DNA from: a virus
Strand: one strand, 5' to 3'
IMG/VR virus record: IMGVR_UViG_3300037189_026207
Span: 16,742 to 80,741 of that record
Length of the DNA stretch: 64,000 nucleotides
Made by a program: the position numbers and the translations under genes. The notes under the pieces are model-generated. The model saw nothing but the letters and a program-made list of their open reading frames with translations, searched no databases and was not told where the DNA came from. Position 1 is the stretch's first letter; every line of letters begins with the position of its first letter. Shown here piece by piece: positions 28,092 to 37,739 of this stretch.

Positions 28092-29225
28092 TTGTCTACG
28101 CCTTTTTTTGTGTTTTGCGCAGATCTGCATTTAGCAGACGGCGCGTGGACGAGCCGCCCGGCAATTTACGGCGATTCCTATTACAGTTTTGCCCAGATTG
28201 TTGACCATTGTCTGGAGCACAAGCTCCCGATGGTTATTGGCGGCGACGTCTTAGATGTAAAAAAGAATTTAGCTCGGCCAGTGCAGCAGCTGTATCTGCA
28301 GATGTCGCGTATGGCGGAAGCTAAGCTGCCCGTTTACTACATTCAGGGGCAGCACGAACTTGACCGCAACGTAACGTGGTTGAGCGTACATCCCTGGCCC
28401 GTCAACGTGCATAAGACGACGTTTACAATTGCGGGCTTAAAGATATACGGGATTGATTGGCTTCCGCGCGGAGAGATCCAGGAAGCCTTTGAGCAAGTTC
28501 CGCCAGACACGGACATTCTAGTATGTCATCAGGTCTGGAAAGACTTTATGAAAAACGTAGGACGACCCGAGTGTCATCTAGGCGATGTGCATCACGTTAA
28601 ATTTGTGCTGAGTGGGGACTTCCACGTTACCACAATTGAGACGGCGCCAAATGCGCAAGGAGATCCGGCGCAACTTATCTCAACCGGCTCTACCTGCATG
28701 CAAGACATCAGCGAAAGTTCGGACAAATTCTTTTATGTTGTCGGCAGTGGTGGTTCTTGTTTGGAAGTTTTTTCGCAACAGCTAAAAACTCGCCGCATGA
28801 AGTCATATACGGTAACCAGCGCAGAAATGCTCGATGATTTGTGCGCAGGCGGTTTTCTTAAAGACATTCAAGACATGATCGGAGATTTGCCCGCAGAAAT
28901 AAATAAACCGCTTGTGCGCGTTAAGTTCGATAAAACTATCCCGGACGCCTATATTCGGATTACCACAGCCGTCGGCGACCATGCACATTTATTTTGTGAC
29001 GCGCTTGTTAACAAAAATCGCGGCGAGCAGGAAACCAATCGCGCAGTCACTAAGAATGATTTGCTGACAACCGTAGCGGAGTTGCTGAATAACGACCCCG
29101 CTGCGTTTAATCTGGCCAGCATTCTTCTAGCCGCCGATAGCCCGGCCGGCGAACTAGAAGATCAGTTTGTACAATTCCAAAACCCAGAGGAATCTAAAGA
29201 TGCAGTTATTGCGTCTGGAAGTTAA
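28092..29225 (+). CDS. sbcD: SbcD/Mre11-like metallophosphoesterase nuclease
   Basis: ADLH, GGDVLD, QGQHE, CHQ, SGDFH motifs; adjacent to an SMC-like ATPase. Confidence 0.85.
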   Translation: MSTPFFVFCADLHLADGAWTSRPAIYGDSYYSFAQIVDHCLEHKLPMVIGGDVLDVKKNLARPVQQLYLQMSRMAEAKLPVYYIQGQHELDRNVTWLSVHPWPVNVHKTTFTIAGLKIYGIDWLPRGEIQEAFEQVPPDTDILVCHQVWKDFMKNVGRPECHLGDVHHVKFVLSGDFHVTTIETAPNAQGDPAQLISTGSTCMQDISESSDKFFYVVGSGGSCLEVFSQQLKTRRMKSYTVTSAEMLDDLCAGGFLKDIQDMIGDLPAEINKPLVRVKFDKTIPDAYIRITTAVGDHAHLFCDALVNKNRGEQETNRAVTKNDLLTTVAELLNNDPAAFNLASILLAADSPAGELEDQFVQFQNPEESKDAVIASGS

Positions 29226-31329
29226 GAACTGGTGTCAACATAAATACCGTGTCTGCACATTTACACGCGGGCTGGTTGCAATCGTAGGAAAGATTGGCTC
29301 GGGTAAATCTAATTTATTAGGCGCAATTTGTTGGCTGCTTACCGGCGAAAATCCAAACGCCGGCGTAAAAGCTGATAATGTGGCGCAGTTGGCGTCTCCC
29401 GACGAGCCGGCATTTGCCACGCTTGAGTTTGAACACTCCGGGCACGTGGTTGTTGTTACGCGGCACTTGCTTCCCGAAAAAGAACAAGCCACGCTTCTCG
29501 TCGACGGTAATGAGGCTGCTCGCGGAGATAAGGCGGTTACAGCTTACATTGAAAAGCTGCTCGGTATCGACAGCAAATTTATTTCTCGGTTTGTAATCGT
29601 TGCGCAGAACGAGATCTTTGCATTTATCGAGGATGGCGCGGCTGAGGTTGATAGGTTTTTCCAGAAATTGTTTGGCACAGCGGTCGCCGAGAAATGCCAA
29701 GACGTTATCGGCAAACACTTAAACAAATTGACAATCCCAGAGGTAATAGAAACTTCAAATCAGCTAATTACGCGGCTTGACGAATTAAATGTCCAATTGA
29801 ATGCGCTGGACATTGAAATCGCGAAACTACCCTCGCTCGAGTCTTTTTTAGCTATTCAACAAACGCAGCAAAAAGTTATTCAAGACTGGGAGCGGCGAAC
29901 GCGCTTGGTGGCGGAATTAGCTACCGCAGAAAAAAGCACTGAGATTCATGAACAGCAGCTTCAAGACGCTACGCGGGAACTTGCGCAGTACGACAGTGAT
30001 CTTGAGGCACTGCGCAAAGCCCTCGGCGGCGATCAGGCGGCACATTCAACCGCTAAGATTGCACTAGGGCATTGGGCAAACTATAAGCATTTGTCTACCG
30101 CAAAAGAAAAGACGCAAAATCGTATAAATGAAATTGTAACGCTGCGCGCGGCAACACAAGCTCCGGCAGCACCCGCGGCAGACGTTATTGATGTTGCTGT
30201 CAAACAAGAGATGGCGACAATTGCAGAGCTGACGCGTTTAGAAAAATTTGTAAGCACATTTGCGACAGACGGCGTAGCCGAGTGTCCGACTTGCCACACT
30301 TCCGCAAAAGATTTGAAAAAAGCTGTCGAGCAAGCTCAGCGCAGTATTGTTGAATTAAATGCGTTGCGTAAAAAGCAAAATGCGGAGGTTCAAGCGGCGT
30401 ATACCGCAAAGCAGGCATATGATGTATGGGCGCAGCAGGATTTAAACCTAGCGGCAGAAGAGAAACAGCTCCGCGAATCCATGGCGCTGTTCTCCAATGT
30501 GCAAATGCCCGAGCTGAGCGAAGAAGAGTCCGCAAAAATTGTTATGGACTTTGAAAATTTTCAAAAGGCTGAGCTGGGAATTCTTCCGCTGGCGCAAGCC
30601 GCAAAAGAAAAACGCGCGGCGTTGTCTGGCGGTCTGTCGGCGGCTAAACAGCAATATGAAAATCTTCAGGCGCAGATTGCTGACATAAAAGTAACGCAGG
30701 CAGAGGCGCATATGGCTACCACTGTACTGCAAAATTTAAGCCAGCAGTGTGTCAAGCGCCAAGAGTTAGAGCGGCAACACGCAGAGTTGAAATTTTCTTG
30801 CGATAACATTAATCAACAATATTTAACTGCAAAAGAAAATGAGCAAAAAGCTGAGCGGATGCGTGACTGGTCTGCGGTAGCCACTTCGGCAAAAGACGCG
30901 CTCAAGGCTGCGCCGAGGATTGTTGCGGCTAGAAATTTAAAAAGACTAGAGGCTGCAATAAATGAATTATTACAAGTATTTGGTGTTGACTTTTTTGTAC
31001 GCGCCGCCAATGACGAATCGCCAACATTTATTGCTGAATTTTTCGATGGACGTAAACAGCCGGCAAAAAGATTATCGTACGGGCAAAAAACCGTATTAGC
31101 GTTAGCTTTTCGCGTAGCTGTTAATGCGTTGTTTGCCGAAGAAATTGGTTTACTGGCGCTGGATGAACCCACAGCTTATTTAGATCAACAGAGAATTAAG
31201 GCGCTAGCCCCGGTTCTTGAAAAATTGCGCGAGCTTTCTACCGCGCGTGGGTTACAATGTCTATTGGTAACTCACGAAACTAGCCTGGCTCATTTGTTTG
31301 AGTCGGCGGTTGAGCTCGATGTGCAATAA
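29200..31329 (+). CDS. sbcC: SbcC/Rad50-like SMC ATPase
   Basis: GKIGSGKSN Walker A, coiled coil with CPTC zinc hook, LSYGQK signature, LALDEPT, VTHE. Confidence 0.9.
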   Translation: MQLLRLEVKNWCQHKYRVCTFTRGLVAIVGKIGSGKSNLLGAICWLLTGENPNAGVKADNVAQLASPDEPAFATLEFEHSGHVVVVTRHLLPEKEQATLLVDGNEAARGDKAVTAYIEKLLGIDSKFISRFVIVAQNEIFAFIEDGAAEVDRFFQKLFGTAVAEKCQDVIGKHLNKLTIPEVIETSNQLITRLDELNVQLNALDIEIAKLPSLESFLAIQQTQQKVIQDWERRTRLVAELATAEKSTEIHEQQLQDATRELAQYDSDLEALRKALGGDQAAHSTAKIALGHWANYKHLSTAKEKTQNRINEIVTLRAATQAPAAPAADVIDVAVKQEMATIAELTRLEKFVSTFATDGVAECPTCHTSAKDLKKAVEQAQRSIVELNALRKKQNAEVQAAYTAKQAYDVWAQQDLNLAAEEKQLRESMALFSNVQMPELSEEESAKIVMDFENFQKAELGILPLAQAAKEKRAALSGGLSAAKQQYENLQAQIADIKVTQAEAHMATTVLQNLSQQCVKRQELERQHAELKFSCDNINQQYLTAKENEQKAERMRDWSAVATSAKDALKAAPRIVAARNLKRLEAAINELLQVFGVDFFVRAANDESPTFIAEFFDGRKQPAKRLSYGQKTVLALAFRVAVNALFAEEIGLLALDEPTAYLDQQRIKALAPVLEKLRELSTARGLQCLLVTHETSLAHLFESAVELDVQ

Positions 31330-31332
31330 TTC

Positions 31333-32268
31333 ATGATATACTCAAATGATGAAAGCGCAATTAAGCTACACGTAGACGACGCCGGTTTTGTGTGGCACGT
31401 TTCCGGGATCGATAAGCCACAAAATTCCGGCAAGTTGGTAGATACATTTTTGTATTCTTCGCCCGTGCTGCGCGTTAGTTCGAACGTGCGGGTGTTGGGT
31501 TTGTCGCAGAATGCAGAATTAATTACTAATATGTATCTGCGAAAGCGTCAGCGCGAATTAGGCAGCATATTAGTCGCTGGGCCAAACATCTGTGAGTCTG
31601 GGTTGGAGCTCCGCGATCCGTACATTGTTTTGATGCGGATGCGCGAGTCTTTTTTAACGTCAGCTTGCGGCGGTTGGCACACGATGACTGACGCAGACTA
31701 CGCTACTTATGCGTTAGTGGCTAAAGCCCGGCAAACAGCGCATTGGTTTGATACGCCGGCGCGAGCTTTTTATACGGCTCACCCGGCATTTCCGGCGCTG
31801 CAGTTTATTCCTAACATTTCAAATCAGGACGCGGCTACTCTTTTAGCTACGATTGTGGATCCCAGATGGTATGTAGATCGGCGTATTCCTGATCGTGCGT
31901 CTAAGCTTGAGTTGTATCTTGGTTTAACGCCAAAAATTCAGCGCCGCATATCCAATGATAAAAAATTAATTTGCCGGGGGAGAGACTTACGTTGCGCTAT
32001 TGTTTTAAATTGCTGGAAAACTCAACACCCAGGCGCCGTCGACTATAATCTGCCGCAAAACTTTATCTGGCGAGTTTGGAAAGCGGCCGGCGGTGGCGCG
32101 AAGGGTGACCTGCGGGCTTCTCAGGCTTTTGTTCGTTATTTGCGCCTTAACTGGTTAGACGCATTAATTTTAAGAGCAGGCCCCCGAGATCGTATTTTCT
32201 CTAGCAACAATTTTTTCAAAACATCTGAAGAACGAGACGCTTATTCTACTCATATGTCGGCAATGTAA
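31333..32268 (+). CDS. IS110/Nop-domain-like (TIGR-Tas-like) putative RNA-binding protein
   Basis: HPAFPALQFIPNISNQDAATLLATIVDPRWY...ASKLELYLGLTP matches the IS110 C-terminal/Nop pattern (L..IPG.G...AA.LLA.I.D..RF.....L..Y.GL.P); terminal helix DLRASQAFVRYLRLNW. Confidence 0.6.
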   Translation: MIYSNDESAIKLHVDDAGFVWHVSGIDKPQNSGKLVDTFLYSSPVLRVSSNVRVLGLSQNAELITNMYLRKRQRELGSILVAGPNICESGLELRDPYIVLMRMRESFLTSACGGWHTMTDADYATYALVAKARQTAHWFDTPARAFYTAHPAFPALQFIPNISNQDAATLLATIVDPRWYVDRRIPDRASKLELYLGLTPKIQRRISNDKKLICRGRDLRCAIVLNCWKTQHPGAVDYNLPQNFIWRVWKAAGGGAKGDLRASQAFVRYLRLNWLDALILRAGPRDRIFSSNNFFKTSEERDAYSTHMSAM

Positions 32269-32273
32269 TTTCT

Positions 32274-32768
32274 ATGCAAGAAGTTATTATCAAATTGCGG
32301 TTTAATCGGGAATGCTTAGGCGCCTCAAAGCGTAAACGACACTCGCAGGTCGTGTTTTCTTTTGATCATGATCCCGCCGGGCGCATCATGTTTATGCCGT
32401 CTGCGTGGAGTAGCGTTATGCGCTATGCGGCTAAATTATCAAATCGGCATCATGACGCAGTGCAGAAAATCGACTGGTGCCCGCTTGTAGAGGGTCAGCC
32501 TAGACCTGACTGGCGGCGTACGATAGTATCCAAGGCCGGCGAGGCTACCAGGACGCACTACGCCGTGCACGAGGCTTTCCCGCCCGGCTCAACTATATTA
32601 ATTTCTGCAGTTGTCCCAGATGAAATTTCGCTGAAAGAATTTGAAGATTTATTGACAATCGTCGGAAAATACAAAGGCTTTTCACCATTTAACAACGCAA
32701 CAGAGCATTATGGGACATTTGAAGTCTTATCAATCACCACAATCAGAGACAACGCGAATGTCGGCTAG
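32274..32768 (+). CDS. Stand-alone Cas7/RAMP-like protein
   Basis: IKLRFNRECLG (beta1 plus G), FDHDPAGRIMFMPSAWSSVMR (RD..G.P.IPGSS.KG..R-like), HEAFPPGS, LLTIVGKYKGFSPF...YGTFEV (G-loop plus last strand). Confidence 0.65.
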   Translation: MQEVIIKLRFNRECLGASKRKRHSQVVFSFDHDPAGRIMFMPSAWSSVMRYAAKLSNRHHDAVQKIDWCPLVEGQPRPDWRRTIVSKAGEATRTHYAVHEAFPPGSTILISAVVPDEISLKEFEDLLTIVGKYKGFSPFNNATEHYGTFEVLSITTIRDNANVG

Positions 32769-34293
32769 TCTAGCGTGCGACATAATTATTAATCGCTGTG
32801 GAAACAGATTAACAGTTCATCGCGCCGACAACATGCCTTTTTCGGCGGAATTGCTCGAAGCGTTAACAAAAGATTTACGCTACCAGCATGTCGAGCATGT
32901 TCACGGCGCAGCGCAGCGCAACCCTATTACAGGGCAGCGCCAGTACTTTAAGACGACTGAGTACAAGTTATTTCGGTATGAGAACGGTAAGCTAATCGTG
33001 CTGGGTGGTTACTTAGCCCGAATTGGCTCGCAACTAAAGCGTCTTGGTTGCCGGGTAGCGTTGCAAGATACCTCGCCACCCCGCAAGCGCCCTGACGCAT
33101 TTAAACCAGAGTGGGCCAACATGGAGGGCCGAATTGAATTTAGAGCCCGGCAGGAGGAGTGTTTACGGCTTTTGTCGCGCGTACCTTGTGGAATTATTAA
33201 AGCGGTCACCGGTTTCGGCAAGACCACACTTATTGGCGCTGCTGCCCTGCTATTTCCTGAAGCAAAAATTCATGTTGTTACGAAGTCGGTAGACGTTGCT
33301 GAGCGTATTGTTCGGTCTTTAAAGCGTTTTGTGCCCAAAGTCGGAATGGTCGGCGACGGCTCAAAACACTGGGAGCGTGTAACAGTTATCACGGCTGGCA
33401 GTCTCGCTCACTCCGATGGCGACGCTGATTTTTTGTTTTGCGACGAAGTACATCAGCTAGCCACAGTGAATTTTTCAACATCGCTAGCACAACGATATAA
33501 GCACAGCCGCAATTTCGGGCTAAGCGCAACTCCATATGCGCGCATGGACAACGCGCATGCAGTTCTTGAGCCGTTGTTTGGTCCTATGATATTTGAACTG
33601 ACATATCAAGAAGCGGTAGAGCTCGGACTAGTCGTACCTATTCGTGTTCGTTGGTTGCCGATTCGTATGACGTTTAACCCCGCAGAACGATACTCAAATC
33701 GTGTGGCGCGAAAGCGTTACGGGGTCTGGACAAACGCTGATCGAAACCGTATGATCGCCGACGCGGTGCGAGAGTATCCTGACACGCATCAAATTTTGAT
33801 TCTTGTCGAAACAATCGAGCACGCAGTTCATCTGGGCTCTCTTCTGCCCGAGTTCACGCTGGTGTACTCGAGCATGTTTCCTTCTGACTGCAACAACTAT
33901 AAAAAGCGCGGTCTTTTGCCCAAAGATTACAAGCCGCTAAGTGATTACGACAAGCATCAACTACGTAATAAATTTGAGTCAGGTGAGCTGCGCAAAGTTA
34001 TTGCAACAGACGTTTGGGCTACCGGCGTAGATTTTGAGCAGTTAAATGTGTTGGTCCGGGCCGACGACCGCGACAGTGACATTGTTGACGTTCAGGGTCC
34101 TGGCCGTGTCAGCCGTTTATACACCGCGCCTAATGGTGATAAAAAAGAATTTGGCGAAGTTATCGATTGCATGGATACATTCGACCCTACTTTTTATCGA
34201 AAGAGTACGGGTCGTCGCAATTCTTACAAGCTTTTAGGATGGGAGCAGAATTGGAATGAAGCGCAGCGCAGCTGGAGGAACAATAGCGACTGA
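32758..34293 (+). CDS. SF2 DNA helicase (UvsW/Rad25-like)
   Basis: RARQ Q-motif, TGFGKT, DEVH, SATP, TGVD, QGPGRVSR. Confidence 0.9.
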   Translation: MSASLACDIIINRCGNRLTVHRADNMPFSAELLEALTKDLRYQHVEHVHGAAQRNPITGQRQYFKTTEYKLFRYENGKLIVLGGYLARIGSQLKRLGCRVALQDTSPPRKRPDAFKPEWANMEGRIEFRARQEECLRLLSRVPCGIIKAVTGFGKTTLIGAAALLFPEAKIHVVTKSVDVAERIVRSLKRFVPKVGMVGDGSKHWERVTVITAGSLAHSDGDADFLFCDEVHQLATVNFSTSLAQRYKHSRNFGLSATPYARMDNAHAVLEPLFGPMIFELTYQEAVELGLVVPIRVRWLPIRMTFNPAERYSNRVARKRYGVWTNADRNRMIADAVREYPDTHQILILVETIEHAVHLGSLLPEFTLVYSSMFPSDCNNYKKRGLLPKDYKPLSDYDKHQLRNKFESGELRKVIATDVWATGVDFEQLNVLVRADDRDSDIVDVQGPGRVSRLYTAPNGDKKEFGEVIDCMDTFDPTFYRKSTGRRNSYKLLGWEQNWNEAQRSWRNNSD

Positions 34294-35029
34294 TCCGACG
34301 CTGCTCACGCCAGACTGGCATAAAGCACTTTCGGAAAAACAATTAATGGCGTATGTTCGCCATTCGTATATTTGGCGACAGAGCGGCTCAACAGATCTAG
34401 CCAGCCGCGAACAGTTAAAGACAGTACCGAGGTGGGACGGCGGACAAGACGCGTATGGCGTAAAATTTAGCCCCGTCTGGCCAAAAATTGCGAGACTTAT
34501 TCGCGCAGTTGATGCAGATCCAGGTATTTGGGTCGCCGCACACTTCTCGCCGATCGCGACGCGAAAGTATGTAACGGACAGCGGCTCCTTCGAGGTTCCA
34601 GATGTTACGCCGTCAAATTTATGCGGCAAATTATCTGAAACAATTTATCATGAATATTGCAGCGCTTTTCCAAAGATAACTATCGATGGGTATAACGCGG
34701 CTGGCCGGTCCATCGCGCTTAGGCTGCGCAGTCTTCAACGCTTAAATGTGTCTGAAGACGATCGGCATTTTTGTGTAATTTGTGACGAAGGATATGTCGC
34801 TGCCTCGCCTATCGTTAGGCAGGGTTTCGCTAATGCCTTTAATTTACCTGAAGCTATTGCGCGTTATTTGTGGCCCGCCGCGCTGGAGTACGACGCGAAA
34901 CAACGACTGTATGATCGCGTTATTCCAGAATTTATTCCGGCATGGCTTATTTCCGATCAACTACTAGACACGGTAAAAAAGATCAGACAGCATTGGAGGC
35001 AGTATGAACAATCGGTCGGAAAGGGATGA
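34256..35029 (+). CDS. Hypothetical replication-module protein (possible helicase loader or initiator)
   Basis: Lies between the SF2 helicase and DnaB-like helicase; function inferred from position only. Confidence 0.6.
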   Translation: MKRSAAGGTIATDPTLLTPDWHKALSEKQLMAYVRHSYIWRQSGSTDLASREQLKTVPRWDGGQDAYGVKFSPVWPKIARLIRAVDADPGIWVAAHFSPIATRKYVTDSGSFEVPDVTPSNLCGKLSETIYHEYCSAFPKITIDGYNAAGRSIALRLRSLQRLNVSEDDRHFCVICDEGYVAASPIVRQGFANAFNLPEAIARYLWPAALEYDAKQRLYDRVIPEFIPAWLISDQLLDTVKKIRQHWRQYEQSVGKG

Positions 35030-36692
35030 GCAGCGCTGTGATATCCCGATTACGTATCCTGACATGTCTGCTATGTTGCGCGGACTGCTTCGATACGATC
35101 GGTTATTTGGCGAGGCAATTCGGGCAGGATTGAAGCCGCATCACTTCGGCACCAATCCAGACGAGACAGCGCATCAGGTTTTGTACGCTTCAATGTGCGT
35201 ATTGCGAGAGCAGTACGGCGCGATCACAAAACCAATGCTGATTCATCACATTGCCAGCTTAATTGTTGGTAATCATGTTGAATTAACTCCTGGAGAGAAT
35301 GAGTGGCTGCTTGGCCGGGATGACAGCAGTATTCAAGGCTTTATTGAAGAAGCATTTGATACTCCGCCGCTATCGTCCGAACAGGAGGCGGCAGAGAAGC
35401 GGCACGTAGAATCAATTCTACGTCGCTTTTTAAATTCTCGACTTATTAAACAATCGCTGCAGAGCGTATTAAATCGTGTAGATGCGAACTCGGCGCCAGA
35501 AGATATTGCCGGCCTGCTCGAAAACTTTTGTCGGCAGTCGCAGCGCGTTAAGCATGTCGGCGAGGCGTTAGACAATGCGGCGGCGTTGCCTGTATTTGGT
35601 TCTCCTATTGATTTACCGCCACCACCAGAACCGACAAATGTTCCGTGGATTGACCAGTACATCGGCGGCACTCGTCCGCGCGATCTTATTGGGCTACTGG
35701 CGCCGTTCGGCGGCGGCAAGACGACGATGGGTATTTCGGCTGCGGTAAGAATCGCAGAAAATTATTATCTTACTGAGCAGAATAAGATTGCCGTCTATGT
35801 CTGCTTTGAAGACGGGGCAGAAAAAATGCGGCACTTGTGTTGGTCCGCCGCGGCACAAATTGAGCGTCGGCTTTTTGATATTAAAGACGTAGGCATCGAT
35901 CCGGAAAAATTTTGGCGCGCGTTCTCTACGGCGGATACGCTTAAAGACTATGAGTTTGCATTGCCTATTAATCAGAACGGCAAAGTTATGCTCGGCGAGC
36001 GCGAGCGGTGGGAGTCTATTTCTGACTGGTACAACAAGCACTTTGTATTTTTAGATTTTGCCCACAGTACTGGCACGTCAGCCCGCGGCAACGGCGGCCC
36101 CGTGGAATTGGCTGAAGTTTTAAAGCGCGTAGTCGAAGAACGTAAGTGTGACATCGGCTTCGTTGTTATCGACTACGCGGGTCGAATGATTGACCGTATG
36201 ATCGGCATTCAACAGCAAGATCAGCTGTGGCGTTACATCAAACTTTTGCCAGACGAGTTGCGGCGGCACATTGCAGATGAGTTTGACGCTACACTACTGA
36301 TTGCGCATCAGCTGGCTGCCGGGGACATCAAGTCTTACCCGCCTAGTCGATATAGCCATCATCATGATTCACAGGGCGGCAAGAGTTTTGCGGAAAATTT
36401 GCACGCGTGCTGTTGCCTCGGTATGCGCGATATTGATACCAAGGCTTGTACGCTGCACTGGTCAAAGATCCGCGCATTTATGCCCGAATCTCCCCTAGGA
36501 ATTGTGAAAATTCATGACCACTATGTAGATGTTAATTTAGTGAATGACAAGTATCGTGTATGCAAACAGTCTAAGAAAATTTTATTAAACAGTGATATAC
36601 ATCCATTTACCGGCGGTCGTGAAACTTCTTCTCGCCGTAACTCATCTGCTTCTGTGTTGGATCCTTTTACAGCAAATTTTGGCGACGCATGA
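35004..36692 (+). CDS. Replicative helicase, DnaB/SF4-like
   Basis: PTNVPWID...APFGGGKTT Walker A, CFED, VIDY, AHQL motifs; precedes the primase. Confidence 0.8.
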   Translation: MNNRSERDEQRCDIPITYPDMSAMLRGLLRYDRLFGEAIRAGLKPHHFGTNPDETAHQVLYASMCVLREQYGAITKPMLIHHIASLIVGNHVELTPGENEWLLGRDDSSIQGFIEEAFDTPPLSSEQEAAEKRHVESILRRFLNSRLIKQSLQSVLNRVDANSAPEDIAGLLENFCRQSQRVKHVGEALDNAAALPVFGSPIDLPPPPEPTNVPWIDQYIGGTRPRDLIGLLAPFGGGKTTMGISAAVRIAENYYLTEQNKIAVYVCFEDGAEKMRHLCWSAAAQIERRLFDIKDVGIDPEKFWRAFSTADTLKDYEFALPINQNGKVMLGERERWESISDWYNKHFVFLDFAHSTGTSARGNGGPVELAEVLKRVVEERKCDIGFVVIDYAGRMIDRMIGIQQQDQLWRYIKLLPDELRRHIADEFDATLLIAHQLAAGDIKSYPPSRYSHHHDSQGGKSFAENLHACCCLGMRDIDTKACTLHWSKIRAFMPESPLGIVKIHDHYVDVNLVNDKYRVCKQSKKILLNSDIHPFTGGRETSSRRNSSASVLDPFTANFGDA

Positions 36693-37732
36693 GCACACCA
36701 ATTAACCCGACTCTGTATCGTTTGTTAGCTCAAAAATTTGGCGAGGTTAGATTTTCAAATGAAGGTTGTCATGCTTACGTGCAACGCATGCCTGATCCTC
36801 TTAATCCTCGTCGCACAATTACACGAGCGACGTCATGGGGAGAGTATTACTGCATTAATTGTCCGTTCTGTGGCGACACTCGCTTTCGTCTTTGGATTAA
36901 TCACACTTATGCATCTGAAGTAGTAAATGGTGTTCGGCAGAATACAAATGTCGCCATTTGTTATAACGAGCAGTGTTTAAAAGTTCCGGGGCGCAGCGAA
37001 CAGTTAGAACAAATTATTTTCGGGCATGGGCGCCATTTAAAGCCACAGGCGTTGCCCCTGCAGCCTGTAACGATGCCGCACGAACCAACGCCCGTTCGCC
37101 CGCCAGGCACTGTTATTCCGTTGACAGAGCTGCCGCTAGATCATCCAGCCCGAGAGTACGTAGTCTCTCGCGGGTTCAGCGCGGAAGAGCTAACTGCAAA
37201 TTTTAATGTCGGACTTTGCATCAACGTGGACGAGCCGCGGCTGTATACGGCTCGTGGTCGGTTGTATATTCCAGTTACGTATAGGCAAGAACTCGTGGGG
37301 TGGCAATGCCGCGCTATTGCTCCTAACTCAGAGCCAAAATATTTTAACGCCCCCGGAATGAAAAAATCTGCGCTGCTTTACAACTATGATGTTGCGCAAA
37401 GTCAGCCTTACGTCATTGTGGTCGAGGGCGTGCCGAGTGTGTGGCGATTAGGCCGAGCTGCGGTATGTTTATTTGGTAAGACTATGTCCTACCAGCAGCA
37501 GAAACTTATTGCGCGTACGTGGGCTGGCAAACCAGTATTTTTATTGCTTGACCATGACGCCAAACCGGAACTTGACCGCGCTACGACGACGCTGTCTAAC
37601 ATGTCGGTTAACGTGGTGCCGGTAGAACTTCCGGACGCGAGAGATCCGGCTGATTATTCTTTTGCGGACATTGGTGATTTGCTGGCGGCTCGTGCGTCAG
37701 CCGCTGGGTTAGGTAGTTCAATCAAAATCTAG
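36689..37732 (+). CDS. DNA primase (zinc ribbon plus TOPRIM)
   Basis: CPFCGD...C; YVVSRG; GRLYIP; KYFN; VVEG; LDHD; DPAD. Confidence 0.88.
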   Translation: MSTPINPTLYRLLAQKFGEVRFSNEGCHAYVQRMPDPLNPRRTITRATSWGEYYCINCPFCGDTRFRLWINHTYASEVVNGVRQNTNVAICYNEQCLKVPGRSEQLEQIIFGHGRHLKPQALPLQPVTMPHEPTPVRPPGTVIPLTELPLDHPAREYVVSRGFSAEELTANFNVGLCINVDEPRLYTARGRLYIPVTYRQELVGWQCRAIAPNSEPKYFNAPGMKKSALLYNYDVAQSQPYVIVVEGVPSVWRLGRAAVCLFGKTMSYQQQKLIARTWAGKPVFLLLDHDAKPELDRATTTLSNMSVNVVPVELPDARDPADYSFADIGDLLAARASAAGLGSSIKI

Positions 37733-37739
37733 GTGTATC

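Noticed and set aside
31333-32268. Active IS110 insertion sequence
   Set aside because: No DEDD catalytic motif, no non-coding ends, and the gene is tightly coupled to core phage genes.
34274-34290. Non-canonical ATA start after GGAGG (similar case at 47632)
   Set aside because: SD spacing is short and in-frame ATG/TTG alternatives exist; cannot be supported from sequence alone.
28000-36000. CRISPR array, TIGR array or short-period GGY-NN guide array next to the RAMP/Nop-like genes
   Set aside because: The region is wall-to-wall coding with gaps of a few nt, and I saw no periodic repeat-spacer pattern here or in other intergenic gaps by eye.
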